DNA of 62,122 bases from an uncultured Gammaproteobacteria bacterium (lineage in GTDB: Bacteria; Patescibacteriota; Microgenomatia; Levybacterales; UBA12049). Positions 62,070 to 62,122 of this stretch are shown piece after piece. A program made the position numbers and the translations under genes. The DNA lies in assembly GCA_964391315.1 (NCBI GenBank), contig CAYMJR010000007.1:1-62122 (forward strand). The letters are read 5' to 3'. The notes under the pieces were generated by a model. That model ran no database searches. It saw only the letters and a program-made list of their open reading frames with translations, and was not told the origin of the DNA. Each line of letters opens with the position of its first letter. The first letter of the stretch is position 1.

Positions 62070-62122
62070 TATTCCCTATAATTATATAAAGTTGTGCTTT
62101 GAAGGCTATTTGGTATAATCTC

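Noticed and set aside
1-62122. rRNA genes, intact tRNAs, transposases, integrases or phage genes
   Set aside because: No ORF shows DDE transposase, tyrosine/serine recombinase or phage structural motifs. No intergenic region is long or GC-rich enough for rRNA. The only tRNA-like sequence is the 24-nt fragment.

Overview
Low-GC (about one third G+C by eye), gene-dense bacterial chromosomal segment with roughly 75 credible protein genes. There is no rRNA, no intact tRNA and no CRISPR array. TGA is used as a stop (e.g. 23203-23205, 31736-31738), so the standard bacterial code applies. Housekeeping anchors are nth (5'-partial), typA, truB, obg and greA. The rest falls into three themes. (i) Metal homeostasis: a NiCoT importer next to a PKD-fused RcnA-like exporter, zur-znuABC, a signal-less Cu/Zn SOD, mgtA with a structured leader, VIT1, and a YcnI-centred putative copper locus. 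(ii) Cell envelope: a 9-gene co-directional glycoconjugate/phospho-sugar cluster (32165-41672) containing a membrane-domain/PRK-family kinase fusion, three NodB deacetylases, two acyltransferase-3 proteins, an M15 peptidase, and a class-A beta-lactamase-fold/LysM protein. (iii) A rearranged right end (59.0-62.1 kb): a gene remnant, three copies of a ~39-nt direct repeat bounding cassette-like modules, an AbrB/Doc toxin-antitoxin pair and a tRNA 3' fragment. At least four genes have a perfect TATAAT exactly 6 nt upstream of the ATG, which suggests leaderless mRNAs. Compact housekeeping genes and many small membrane or secreted hypotheticals fit a Patescibacteria/CPR-like small-genome lineage, but that is inference only. 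All functional calls rest on motifs recognised by eye; no database search or folding program was available.
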